From positions 21,528 through 85,527 of the forward strand of contig WHTQ01000003.1 of the NCBI GenBank assembly GCA_009377645.1: a stretch of 64,000 nucleotides of DNA. Reading direction: 5' to 3'. Source of the DNA: Micromonosporaceae bacterium. GTDB lineage: Bacteria; Actinomycetota; Actinomycetes; Mycobacteriales; Micromonosporaceae. A program made the position numbers and the translations under genes. The notes under the pieces were generated by a model. The model searched no databases. It was not told the origin of the DNA and worked only from the letters and a program-made list of their open reading frames with translations. Positions 1 to 8,404 of this stretch are shown piece by piece (the first letter of the stretch is position 1; the number at the start of each line of letters is the position of its first letter).

Positions 1-41
1 TAATCGATGTCTATCTGTCTCTCACGTCTTCGGCCGCGTGG

Positions 42-608
42 TCAGACGGCCGGTTGGGGCACCGCCGGCACCGGCGCTCCCCCGCCCCCACCACCGGGCG
101 GCTCGGCCGCGGCCCCACTCCCGCGGCCGCCGCCCCGGTCGCCGTCCCCGGCGCCCCCGCCCTCGCGCAGAGCGCGCAGCGCGGCGATCTCCTGCTCGAA
201 GTCGCCCAGCGACTCGAACGACCGGTAGACACTGGCGAACCGCAGGTACGCCACCTCGTCCAGCTCCTGCAACGGGCCGAGAATCGCCAGCCCGACCTCG
301 TGGCTGGGCACCTCGGCCGACCCGCGGGCCCGGATCGTCTCCTCCACCCGCTGGGCCAGCAGCGCGATCGCGTCCTCATCCACCGGCCGGCCCTGGCACG
401 CCTTGTGCACCCCGGCGATGATCTTCGCCCGACTGAACGGCTCGGTCACACCGCTGCGCTTGACGACGGCCACCACCGCCTCCTCCACGGTGGTGAACCG
501 CTTGCCGCACTCCGGGCACTGTCGGCGACGGCGGATCAACGCACCGTCGTCGGCCTCCCGGGAGTCGACCACCCGGGAGTCGGGATGGCGACAGTACGGA
601 CAACGCAT
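42..608 (-). CDS. nrdR: NrdR transcriptional repressor of ribonucleotide reductase genes
   Basis: ORF 42..629. It has a zinc ribbon (MRCPYCRH...[10 protein letters not shown]) followed by an ATP-cone (VVKRSG...[10 protein letters not shown]). I placed the start at the MRCPYC Met (in frame, 629-21). The C-terminal tail is Gly/Pro-rich. Confidence 0.9.
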   Translation of the reverse strand: MRCPYCRHPDSRVVDSREADDGALIRRRRQCPECGKRFTTVEEAVVAVVKRSGVTEPFSRAKIIAGVHKACQGRPVDEDAIALLAQRVEETIRARGSAEVPSHEVGLAILGPLQELDEVAYLRFASVYRSFESLGDFEQEIAALRALREGGGAGDGDRGGGRGSGAAAEPPGGGGGGAPVPAVPQPAV

Positions 609-655
609 CATCGCACCTCCCAACCCCAAGTTGTGGACAACTTACACCAGTGTCA

Positions 656-671
656 CCACTACATGTAGGGG
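656..671. promoter_or_regulatory. Candidate NrdR-box-like 16-bp imperfect palindrome upstream of nrdR
   Basis: CCACTACATGTAGGGG contains the perfect 10-bp palindrome CTACATGTAG (659..668), about 50 bp upstream of the nrdR start in an unusually AT-rich patch. I found no clear second box. Confidence 0.3.
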
Positions 672-760
672 TTCGACAGTAGTCCGCCGACTGTGCGATT
701 GCAAGCGTCGACGCCCGGTGTCGTCCGGCCCGCATCGCCCGACCCGCTCCGACCGCCGGG

Positions 761-1150
761 TCACCGCCGGTCGGGCAGGCGCAGCTTCTGCCCGGGGTGG
801 ATGGTGTGCCCCGAGAGGTTGTTGAGGCGCCGGATCTCCTCGATCATGCCGTAGGCATCGCCGCTGGGCACGTGGCGCGAGGCCACCGACCAGAGCGTGT
901 CACCCGGCCGGACGACCGCCACCAACGGCTCGCCGCCGCCCGCCTCGGACGCGGCCGGGTCGGAGCTGGCCGGGTCGGCCGCCTGCGACGGCGGTGTCGC
1001 CACCACCAGCAGGAACCCCACCACCAGCAGGCCACCCAGCAGCAGCCCGAGGCCGACCACCACCCGCCCGCGCCGGGTGAGCCGGACCCGGCCCGGGTGC
1101 CGCACTCCTGACGACCCGTCCGGCCGCCGCCGCCGGTGGCTCCCCGACAT
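761..1150 (-). CDS. LysM-domain membrane protein, ChiZ/Rv2719c-like (positional analogue between nrdR and lexA)
   Basis: Arg-rich N-terminus, one TM segment (VVVGLGLLLGGLLVVGFLLVV), and a C-terminal LysM (VVRPGDTLWSVASRH...IHPGQKLRLP). It is divergent from lexA, as Rv2719c is in M. tuberculosis. Confidence 0.7.
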   Translation of the reverse strand: MSGSHRRRRPDGSSGVRHPGRVRLTRRGRVVVGLGLLLGGLLVVGFLLVVATPPSQAADPASSDPAASEAGGGEPLVAVVRPGDTLWSVASRHVPSGDAYGMIEEIRRLNNLSGHTIHPGQKLRLPDRR

Positions 1151-1255
1151 CCGCCCCTCCCCTTCCGCACAGCAGTTCGACGCACGCCTGTTCTATAGGC
1201 TTAGCAGATCGGACCGCCACCGTCGAGACCTGTCCGGCCGACACGCCGAAGATTC

Positions 1256-1271
1256 TCGTACGGTTGTTTGG
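1256..1271. promoter_or_regulatory. Candidate LexA (SOS) box in the chiZ-like/lexA divergent intergenic region
   Basis: TCGTACGGTTGTTTGG closely resembles the recA-upstream box TCGTACGCGCGTTCGG (minus strand, 19829..19844) and the actinobacterial consensus TCGAAC-N4-GTTCGA. Confidence 0.4.
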
Positions 1272-1320
1272 GAAAATGTCACACCCGTGCGATACGGTCA
1301 GGCGAAGCAGAGCCGAGATC

Positions 1321-1334
1321 TGAGCGCTGGAGCG
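1321..1334 (+). repeat. 14-nt motif TGAGCGCTGGAGCG in the lexA leader, identical to the core of the recA-upstream 26-bp repeat
   Basis: Exact match to the minus-strand reading of each of the three repeat units at 19883..19960. It has the same orientation relative to lexA as the repeats have relative to recA. Confidence 0.85.
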
Positions 1335-1360
1335 GCAACTACTAGGAGGACGGGACGGAC

Positions 1361-2107
1361 ATGGGCCGGCAACCGAAGAAGGAAGACCTGACCCGCGAGC
1401 GGCAGCGGGTCCGGCCGCGGGGCGGCGCGCCGGAGCTGCGGGCGGTCACTGCGGTGGTCAGCGCGATGCCGGAGATGTTCACCCCCGACCTGTCTCCCCG
1501 CCAGCGCCGGATCATGGAGTTCCTGCGCGACTGGGGCGAGCAGCATGGCTACCCCCCGAGCGTGCGGGAGATCGGCGAGGCGGTCGGCCTGGTGTCGCCG
1601 TCCAGCGTCGCCTACCAGCTCAAGGCGCTGGAGCGGAAGGGTTACCTGCGGCGCGACCCGAACCGTCCCCGGGCGGTCGACGTGCGCCCGGCCAGCGAGC
1701 TGGTCGAGGAGGAGGCCGACGTCCGCCGCCCCGCGCCGACCTACGTGCCGGTGCTGGGCAGCATCGCGGCCGGCGGGCCGATCCTCGCCGAGGAGATGAT
1801 CGAGGACGTCTTCCCGCTGCCCCGGGAGCTGGTCGGCGAAGGCACCCTGTTCCTGTTGCAGGTCAAGGGCGACTCGATGATCGACGCCGCGATCTGTGAC
1901 GGCGACTGGGTGGCGGTCCGGCAGCAGCCGGACGCGGAGAACGGCGAGATCGTGGCCGCGCTGATCGACGGCGAGGCGACCGTGAAGTCCTGCCAGCGCC
2001 GGGACGGGCACCTGTGGCTGCTCCCGCAGAACCCGGCGTTCGAGCCGATCCCCGGCGACCGGGCCACCATCATGGGCAAGGTGGTGGCGGTGATGCGCCG
2101 GGTCTGA
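1361..2107 (+). CDS. lexA: LexA SOS repressor
   Basis: Winged-helix N-terminus ([15 protein letters not shown]...[15 protein letters not shown]), then the Ala-Gly cleavage region ([10 protein letters not shown]) and an S24 peptidase domain (VKGDSM...ATVK). The start could be an internal Met. AGGAGGA lies 10 nt upstream of 1361. Confidence 0.9.
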   Translation: MGRQPKKEDLTRERQRVRPRGGAPELRAVTAVVSAMPEMFTPDLSPRQRRIMEFLRDWGEQHGYPPSVREIGEAVGLVSPSSVAYQLKALERKGYLRRDPNRPRAVDVRPASELVEEEADVRRPAPTYVPVLGSIAAGGPILAEEMIEDVFPLPRELVGEGTLFLLQVKGDSMIDAAICDGDWVAVRQQPDAENGEIVAALIDGEATVKSCQRRDGHLWLLPQNPAFEPIPGDRATIMGKVVAVMRRV

Positions 2108-2130
2108 GACCGGCTGCGGGGCCCCCGCGG

Positions 2131-3924
2131 TCAGCGGTCCCGCCCCCGAAACTCGTACGGGTAGTCCGGGTCGTCCGAGTAGTATCCCGGGTCGTTCGAG
2201 GAGTAATAGTCGGCCCCACCCGGCTGCTGTCCGGTGTGGCCGTTCGGCAAGTCCTGATGGTCGTAGCCGCCCTCCGGGCCGTACTGATGCCCTCCGGCGG
2301 ATCTGGTCTGGCCGTGGCCGGCCGGGCCATACTCGGCCGGGCCATACTCGGCCGGCCCGTACCCGGCCTGCCCGCCGCGCTCGACCGGCCCGTAGTCGGT
2401 GCCGCCGTATCCCGGGTCGCGGTAGTTCGCCCCGCCGTACCCGCCCTGGTCGTACCCGCCGGCCGGATACCCGGTGCCGTCTGGCTCCGGGCCGCCGTAA
2501 CCGTCCGGATAGCCGCCGCCCCCGCCGTACTCCGTCCCCCGGTACTCCCCGCCGGGTGCCCGGGCGGCGCTGGACGTGTACACCCCCGGCGGAGGGCTGG
2601 CCGGCTGGTCGGGTCCGGCCCCGGGCGGCCCGGGCGGTGGCCCCGGCGGGCCCGGCGGCCCCGGGTGCCCGGGCGGCGCGAACCCCGGCAGCCGGGCACG
2701 CCCGGTCACCGGGGCGTTCTCGGCGGCCGCGGCACCGGCACCGCCGGCCGGCCGGGGGGTGCCGCCCGGCCCGCCGCGACGGGCCCGGATGATCCCGAAC
2801 ACGCCGGCCCCCACCAGCACCAGCCCGATGACGCCGACCGCCGCGATCACGTTGATGAAGTCCTGCAAGTCGTTGAACAGCCCACCCCCGCCCCCACCGC
2901 CGGCGGCCGGCGGCGCCTCGGTAGCGGTGGGCTCCGGCTCCGGTGCCGCCACCGGGGCGTAGCTCAGCAGGAGCGGGGTGTAGCCGGTGTCGTCCTCCTC
3001 CGGCACCTCCGAGACGGTCAGGAACTGCTGCCCCTCCGGTAGGTACGTGATCGCCTCGCCCTGCGGCTCGTCCGGCAGCGGCGTGATCCGGGGCTCCGCG
3101 GTGGTGAGGGCCCCGACCACGTCGCCGTCGGCCACGTCGAACTCGAACGCGTCGGTGTAGCTGCGCAGCACCACCGCGCTGCCGTCCGGAGCGTTCGCCC
3201 CTCCGGTGATCAGCTGCCGGGCGACCGCCCCGAGCCGGTGCTGGACCTCGGTCTCCGGCTCCGGCAGGCTCACCTCGCCGACCGCCTCCAGCGGCACCGT
3301 GTCATCCGGTCCGCTACTTGGGCGCAGCTCACCCGGCACGAACAGTTCGGCGACGCCGATCGTCCTGGTGACGATGATCGGCGTGCCCTCGCCGTCGAGC
3401 AGCAGCGCCTCGGCGTCGCGAGGACCGTCCGGGTAGCTGAACCGGTGGATCACCGGGGTGCGGTCGCCATCCAGGTCGATCCGCCACAGCGCCGCGCTGG
3501 GCCGGGGCTCCTGGCCGGTGAGCTCGAAGTTGTCGCCGGTGTCGCCGACCCACAGCACGTTGCTCTCCCGGTCCCAGGCCAGGTCCTCCGGGTCCAGCGG
3601 CGGGCTGGGGTAGCCAATCTGGTCGGTCACCTGGCAGCCCTGGTCCAGCAGGAAGACCCCCACCCGGTCAGCGCTCAGGGAGCTGTCGTTGACGACCGCG
3701 TAGCCGTCCTCAAAGGCCACCAGGCCGGACAGCTCGACCAGCCGCGAGTCGGTGACCGCGCACACCTCTTCGCCCGGCACCGCCTCCGGCGGGGCCGCCT
3801 CCGGAGTGGGGCTGGGCTGGGCGGCGGCGGCGCTCCCGGCGCCGGCCGCCCCGACCGCCGGCACGGCGACCAGCCACGCCACGGCCACCGCCGCCACCGT
3901 GAACCGCGTACTCAACCGACGCAT
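2131..3924 (-). CDS. Hypothetical single-pass membrane protein: signal peptide, ~330-aa extracytoplasmic domain, TM helix, Pro/Gly/Tyr-rich cytoplasmic tail
   Basis: ORF 2131..3981, with the start placed at MRRLSTRFTVAAVAVAWLVAV. The TM segment is VIAAVGVIGLVLVGAGVFGII. The tail carries GYGG and EYGPA repeats, encoded by a 15-bp tandem repeat near 2300-2350. Confidence 0.6.
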   Translation of the reverse strand: MRRLSTRFTVAAVAVAWLVAVPAVGAAGAGSAAAAQPSPTPEAAPPEAVPGEEVCAVTDSRLVELSGLVAFEDGYAVVNDSSLSADRVGVFLLDQGCQVTDQIGYPSPPLDPEDLAWDRESNVLWVGDTGDNFELTGQEPRPSAALWRIDLDGDRTPVIHRFSYPDGPRDAEALLLDGEGTPIIVTRTIGVAELFVPGELRPSSGPDDTVPLEAVGEVSLPEPETEVQHRLGAVARQLITGGANAPDGSAVVLRSYTDAFEFDVADGDVVGALTTAEPRITPLPDEPQGEAITYLPEGQQFLTVSEVPEEDDTGYTPLLLSYAPVAAPEPEPTATEAPPAAGGGGGGGLFNDLQDFINVIAAVGVIGLVLVGAGVFGIIRARRGGPGGTPRPAGGAGAAAAENAPVTGRARLPGFAPPGHPGPPGPPGPPPGPPGAGPDQPASPPPGVYTSSAARAPGGEYRGTEYGGGGGYPDGYGGPEPDGTGYPAGGYDQGGYGGANYRDPGYGGTDYGPVERGGQAGYGPAEYGPAEYGPAGHGQTRSAGGHQYGPEGGYDHQDLPNGHTGQQPGGADYYSSNDPGYYSDDPDYPYEFRGRDR

Positions 3925-4061
3925 CGGGTCAGTTTCGCACGCCCGAAGTGGCCAGAGCCAGTACCGCTGCGTGGCTGGCACCGCCCCAACCAGCCCCGCG
4001 GCGGCCGGGCACGGCCCAATCAGGCAGCCGAGCCACCGGTCAGGGGCCGCCGGCCACCCGG

Positions 4062-5504
4062 TCAGACAGCCGAGCCACCGGCCACCCGGTACGGAGCGAG
4101 CGCCGCGGCCAGGGCGCCGTCGACCCGGGCCACCACCCGGGTACCGGCGGCGGTGTGGCCGACCTCGTGCACCTGCCCCCGCTCGTGGACCCGGGCCACC
4201 AGGTCACCCCGGTCGTAGGGCACCACCGCGTCGACCTCCACCTCCGGGCGGGGCAGCGCCGCTTCGACCACCGCCCGCAGCTCGTCGATGCCGGCCCCGC
4301 TGTGCGCGGAGACGAACACCGCGTCCGGCCAGTCCCGCTTCAGCCGCAGCAGCGTCTCCTCGTCCGCGGTGTCGGTCTTGTTCACCGCCAGCAGCTCCGG
4401 CACCCGGTCGGCGCCGATCTCCGCCAGCACCTCCCGGACCGCCCGGACCTGCGCCTCCGGGTCCGGATGGGCGCTGTCCACCACGTGCAGCACCAGGTCC
4501 GCGGCGGCGACCTCCTCCAGGGTGGAGCGGAACGCCTCCACCAACTCGTGCGGCAGGTGCCGCACGAAGCCGACCGTGTCAGACAGCGTGTACGTCCGGC
4601 CGTCGGCGGTCCGGGCCTGCCGGGTGGTCGGGTCGAGGGTGGCGAACAGCGCGTCCTCGACCAGCACCCCGGCCCCGGTGAGCTGGTTCAGCAGGCTGGA
4701 CTTGCCGGCGTTCGTGTAGCCGGCGATCGCCACGCTCGGCACCGCGTGCCGGCGCCGGGAGGCGCGCTGCACGTCCCGGGCGGTCCGCATCCCGCTGATC
4801 TCGCGCTTCAGCCGGGAGATCCGGGTCCGGATCCGCCGCCGGTCGGTCTCCAGCTTGGTCTCGCCAGGTCCGCGCAGCCCGACCCCGCCGCCGGTACCAC
4901 CGGCCCGGCCGCCGGCCTGCCGGGACAGCGCCTCGCCCCAGCCCCGCAGCCGGGGCACCAGATATTGCAGCTGGGCCAGCTCGACCTGCGCCTTGCCCTC
5001 CCGGCTGCGGGCGTGCTGGGCGAAGATGTCCAGGATCAGCGCGGTCCGGTCGATGACCTTGACCTTGACCTCCTGCTCCAGGTTGCGCAGCTGGCTCGGG
5101 GACAGCTCACCGTCGCAGATCACCGTGTCGGCACCGGTGGCGACCACCACCTCGCGGACCTCACCGACCTTGCCCCGCCCGACGTAGGTGGCCGGGTCCG
5201 GGCGCCCCCGCCGCTGGATCAGCCCCTCCAGGATGGCCGACCCGGCGGTGGTCGCCAGTGCCGCCAGCTCGGTCAGCGAGTTCTCCGCGTCGACCACGGT
5301 GCCGTCGGTCCACACCCCGACCAGCACCACCCGCTCCAGCCGGAGCTGCCGATACTCCACCTCGGTGATGTCGGCCAGCTCGGTGGACAACCCGGCGACC
5401 CGCCGTAGCGCCTGCCGGTCCGCCAGCTCCAGCTCTCCGGTCGACGGTTGCTCGTCGGCCACCATCCCCCGGGCCGCCCCGGCGCGCTCGTTCGGGTTCT
5501 GCAA
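4062..5504 (-). CDS. hflX: GTPase HflX
   Basis: G1 motif GYTNAGKSSLLN, plus DTVGF and NKTD motifs, and an HflX N-terminal domain. Start uncertain (Met14 is possible). Confidence 0.9.
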   Translation of the reverse strand: MQNPNERAGAARGMVADEQPSTGELELADRQALRRVAGLSTELADITEVEYRQLRLERVVLVGVWTDGTVVDAENSLTELAALATTAGSAILEGLIQRRGRPDPATYVGRGKVGEVREVVVATGADTVICDGELSPSQLRNLEQEVKVKVIDRTALILDIFAQHARSREGKAQVELAQLQYLVPRLRGWGEALSRQAGGRAGGTGGGVGLRGPGETKLETDRRRIRTRISRLKREISGMRTARDVQRASRRRHAVPSVAIAGYTNAGKSSLLNQLTGAGVLVEDALFATLDPTTRQARTADGRTYTLSDTVGFVRHLPHELVEAFRSTLEEVAAADLVLHVVDSAHPDPEAQVRAVREVLAEIGADRVPELLAVNKTDTADEETLLRLKRDWPDAVFVSAHSGAGIDELRAVVEAALPRPEVEVDAVVPYDRGDLVARVHERGQVHEVGHTAAGTRVVARVDGALAAALAPYRVAGGSAV

Positions 5505-5674
5505 GCTTGTTCACCTCGGGTCGCTCGTCGGCTCGTACCGGTCAATCCTGACACGATGGCTCGGCCAGCGCACCTTGGTTCCCCCGCCAACCGGCGAACC
5601 GGCACAAAGCGCCATGGTACGGGTGAGCCGATGCTCGCCGCCGGCGCTTGACACGATGCTGGAAAATACCTCCC

Positions 5675-7255
5675 ATGCACGCGCGTGATGCACGCCTGCT
5701 GGCTCGGCTGAGCCGATCTCCCCGGGAGATCGTGTTCCTCAACGACGACCATCTGCGGGTGCTCTCCGAAGCGGGCGAGCCGCCCAGGGAGGCATTACGT
5801 GTGGCTGCGCTCGACGGCGACGCCGAGGACCGGATCCCCGCCGTGGTCGCGCTCGCCCGCATGGGTGACGAACGGGCACGCGAGGCGCTTGCCGGGCTGC
5901 TTGCCGAAGCGGCTCTTGCCGGGCGGGTCGCCGCGGAGCTGGAAAGTCTCGGGCACGCCTACGGCGGACTCGCGGACCTCGCCGAGCCTTGGCTGATCGG
6001 TGCCCTGGCGTCGGATGATGAGCGGACCCGGAGGAGCGCGGCGCAGACCTGCGGCCGGCTTCGCGTGGCCGGCGCGGGCCCCGCGCTGGTGGCCCTGGCG
6101 GGTAGCGAGCCCTCGGACCGATTCGCCGCCAGATGCGCGCTGGCCGCCGCACGGGCGTCGCCGAGGCGCGAGGTGCTCGTCGAGGTGGACCGGCAATGGA
6201 AGTCCGGGCGCGAGCGGGGGAGCCTGAGCCTGGCGCTCGTGGAACTCGCCGCGCGCGGGCCGGCGGGCGTTTACGAGCAGTCCCTGCGCCGATGTGCGGA
6301 CCTGCTTGCAGAGCGTTCCCACGACGGGAGCCTCCCCCGGGCGCTGGTGGGCGTTCTGACGGCGCGGGGGGCCGAGAGCCAGCCACTGCTGGACAAGGTC
6401 GTCCGGCGGTCCCGGCACAGCGAGGCCGTGGCGCTCGCCCTCGAGGCACTCGTCGCGATCGATCCCGAACTCGCCGAGCGCCGGGCGCGGAAGGTGTGGC
6501 GCAAGTCCCCGCACGGAGCCATCGCGGTCTGGGCGAAACGATACGCAGGCACCGGCGACGCGGGCGCCATCGACTGGGTACGACGCGCGGGTGATCACCG
6601 CTCCGGATCGGTCCGGCGCGATGCCGTCGTGGCGCTCGTTGGCATCGGCGGGCAGGCGGCCGCGGAGGCGGCGGCCGAGCTGGCCGCAGGCACCGGCGAC
6701 GCGGACCTCGCCCGGCTGGCGCGGGAGGCAGTACGCCCGGATCTTCCGCGCGACGTCACTGCCGCGATGGTGCGCCTGGGGTTGGCGGACCGGGACGCCG
6801 CCGCAGCAGCGATCGCTGCCCTTGACCACCCGGCGACCGCCTCGCAGGTCGTCACGCGGGTCTTCGAGCACGCCGGACGGCTGCTGTGGTTCGACACCGA
6901 AGGCGGCCAGGTACCCCCGCCGTACGACCGGCTTATCACCGAGCTCACCGAGATCAGTGGGGCACCTGTCGCCGATGTCAGGCAGGTCGCCACGCCGGAG
7001 GGCGCGACGGTCTCCTGCACTGTTGACGGCAGTCGCTACGAGTGGACACCGCAGGACCAGGGCGACTGGTACGACATGGATGTCGTGTGCGACATCGCCG
7101 ACACCCTGTCGCCCGCCTCACCCGATCCGTGCTCCTTCATCGTGCTCGGCGACGACGGCGGCCAGGCCGTCGCCCTCGTGCTCGCCGATCCGGATGCGCT
7201 TGAGCGGCTCGCCGAGGAAACTGGCACCCGCCTGGGAGGGCGGCTGGGCGCGTAA
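5675..7255 (+). CDS. Hypothetical protein with HEAT/PBS-lyase-like Ala/Leu/Arg-rich repeats and a distinct acidic C-terminal domain
   Basis: ORF 5648..7255 (TTG); the Met at 5675 is preferred. Helical repeats recur (AVVALARMGDERAREALAGLL, RRSAAQTCGRLRVAGAGPALVAL). Third-position GC is consistent with coding. Confidence 0.5.
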   Translation: MHARDARLLARLSRSPREIVFLNDDHLRVLSEAGEPPREALRVAALDGDAEDRIPAVVALARMGDERAREALAGLLAEAALAGRVAAELESLGHAYGGLADLAEPWLIGALASDDERTRRSAAQTCGRLRVAGAGPALVALAGSEPSDRFAARCALAAARASPRREVLVEVDRQWKSGRERGSLSLALVELAARGPAGVYEQSLRRCADLLAERSHDGSLPRALVGVLTARGAESQPLLDKVVRRSRHSEAVALALEALVAIDPELAERRARKVWRKSPHGAIAVWAKRYAGTGDAGAIDWVRRAGDHRSGSVRRDAVVALVGIGGQAAAEAAAELAAGTGDADLARLAREAVRPDLPRDVTAAMVRLGLADRDAAAAAIAALDHPATASQVVTRVFEHAGRLLWFDTEGGQVPPPYDRLITELTEISGAPVADVRQVATPEGATVSCTVDGSRYEWTPQDQGDWYDMDVVCDIADTLSPASPDPCSFIVLGDDGGQAVALVLADPDALERLAEETGTRLGGRLGA

Positions 7256-7276
7256 CCGGACTGGGTTACCGTGCGG

Positions 7277-8404
7277 TCAGCGGACGTAGCGACGCGGCAC
7301 CCGCCCGCGGATGCCGGAGATCACGTCGTAGCTGTTGGTTCCCCAGCGCTCGGCCAGATCGTCGGCGGTCAGGACGGCGTCGCCGTCCTGACCCAGCAGC
7401 ACGGCCGGGTCTCCGACCTGAGCCGGCACCGACTCCGGAACCCGCACTAGGCACTGGTCCATGAAGACGCTCCCCACCACCGGGCAGCGGGCTCCGTGCA
7501 GCAGCACGACGTTGACCCCCAGGGGATGCCGATGGAAGCCATCGGCATAACCGATGGCGAGTGTCGCGACTCGCTGATGGGTGTCCGCGACGTATCGCCA
7601 GGCGTACCCGACACCGTGCCCTGGCGCGACCTCGGTGATGTTGGTGATGTGGGCCTTCCACTCCAGAACCGGCCGCACCCCGTCCGGCAGCGGCGTGTGC
7701 TCCGACGGCGGGATGCCGTAGGCGGCGATGCCGAGCCGCACCAGACCCAGGTGGCTGTCGGGAAGCCGGATCGTCCCGGGCGAATTGGCGATGTGCACGA
7801 TCGGGCGTAGGTCGTATTTGGCGGCAACCGTCACGGATTGCTGGAACGCGTCGAGCTGCTGGCGGGCCGACCCGGTCGTTTCCAGGTCAGCGCCGAAGAA
7901 ATGGCTGGCCAGGCCGACGATCGAGGCATGATCGTCGGTGGAAAGCGAATCGAGCAGGTGGGCGAGGTCGGCCGGCGCTACCCCGGATCGCGCCATGCCG
8001 GTGTCGATCTCGACGTGAATCCGAGGGCGGCGCCCGGTGCGTTCCGCGGCGTGCGCCGCCCACCCGAACTGCTCCGGCCGCCAGGCCAGGAAGTGGATCT
8101 CGTGTTCAACGGCAAGCTCGATCTCGCGCCGGTCCAGCGCGCACATGATCAGGATCGGGGTCGGTATCCGGGCTGCCAGCAGAGCGTCCGCCTCACCGAT
8201 GGTGGCGACACCGAGCATGTCGATGCCGGCGGCGGCAGCCTCCGCCGCGATCTGGGTCAGGCCGTGGCCGTAGGCGTTGGCCTTGACGACGAGCAGGGCC
8301 ATGGTCGGCGGACCGGGGCGCAGGCGGTCGAGATTTGTCCGGAACGCGGTCAGGTCGATGTCGCACCACGAAGACCGGTAGACGGGTTCCACGGGGCCCA
8401 TCAT
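7277..8404 (-). CDS. alr: PLP-dependent alanine racemase family protein
   Basis: VVKANAYGHG PLP-lysine motif, plus IDTGMARSG, GYADG and VSMD-like VFMDQ motifs. Start at MMGPVEP. Its ATG overlaps the miaA stop (ATGATGA at 8398..8404). The 92-codon upstream extension of ORF 7277..8680 overlaps miaA and was rejected. Confidence 0.85.
   Translation of the reverse strand: MMGPVEPVYRSSWCDIDLTAFRTNLDRLRPGPPTMALLVVKANAYGHGLTQIAAEAAAAGIDMLGVATIGEADALLAARIPTPILIMCALDRREIELAVEHEIHFLAWRPEQFGWAAHAAERTGRRPRIHVEIDTGMARSGVAPADLAHLLDSLSTDDHASIVGLASHFFGADLETTGSARQQLDAFQQSVTVAAKYDLRPIVHIANSPGTIRLPDSHLGLVRLGIAAYGIPPSEHTPLPDGVRPVLEWKAHITNITEVAPGHGVGYAWRYVADTHQRVATLAIGYADGFHRHPLGVNVVLLHGARCPVVGSVFMDQCLVRVPESVPAQVGDPAVLLGQDGDAVLTADDLAERWGTNSYDVISGIRGRVPRRYVR

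Noticed and set aside
1175-1195. Second SOS box candidate TTCGACGCACGCCTGTTC upstream of the LysM gene
   Set aside because: The half-sites are separated by 8 nt rather than 4, and the left half is GAC rather than GAAC. It does not fit the LexA box seen at recA.
7252-7269. Hairpin GTAACC-N6-GGTTAC between the convergent HEAT-like and racemase genes
   Set aside because: With only a 6-bp stem and no U-tract, it is too weak to annotate as a terminator.
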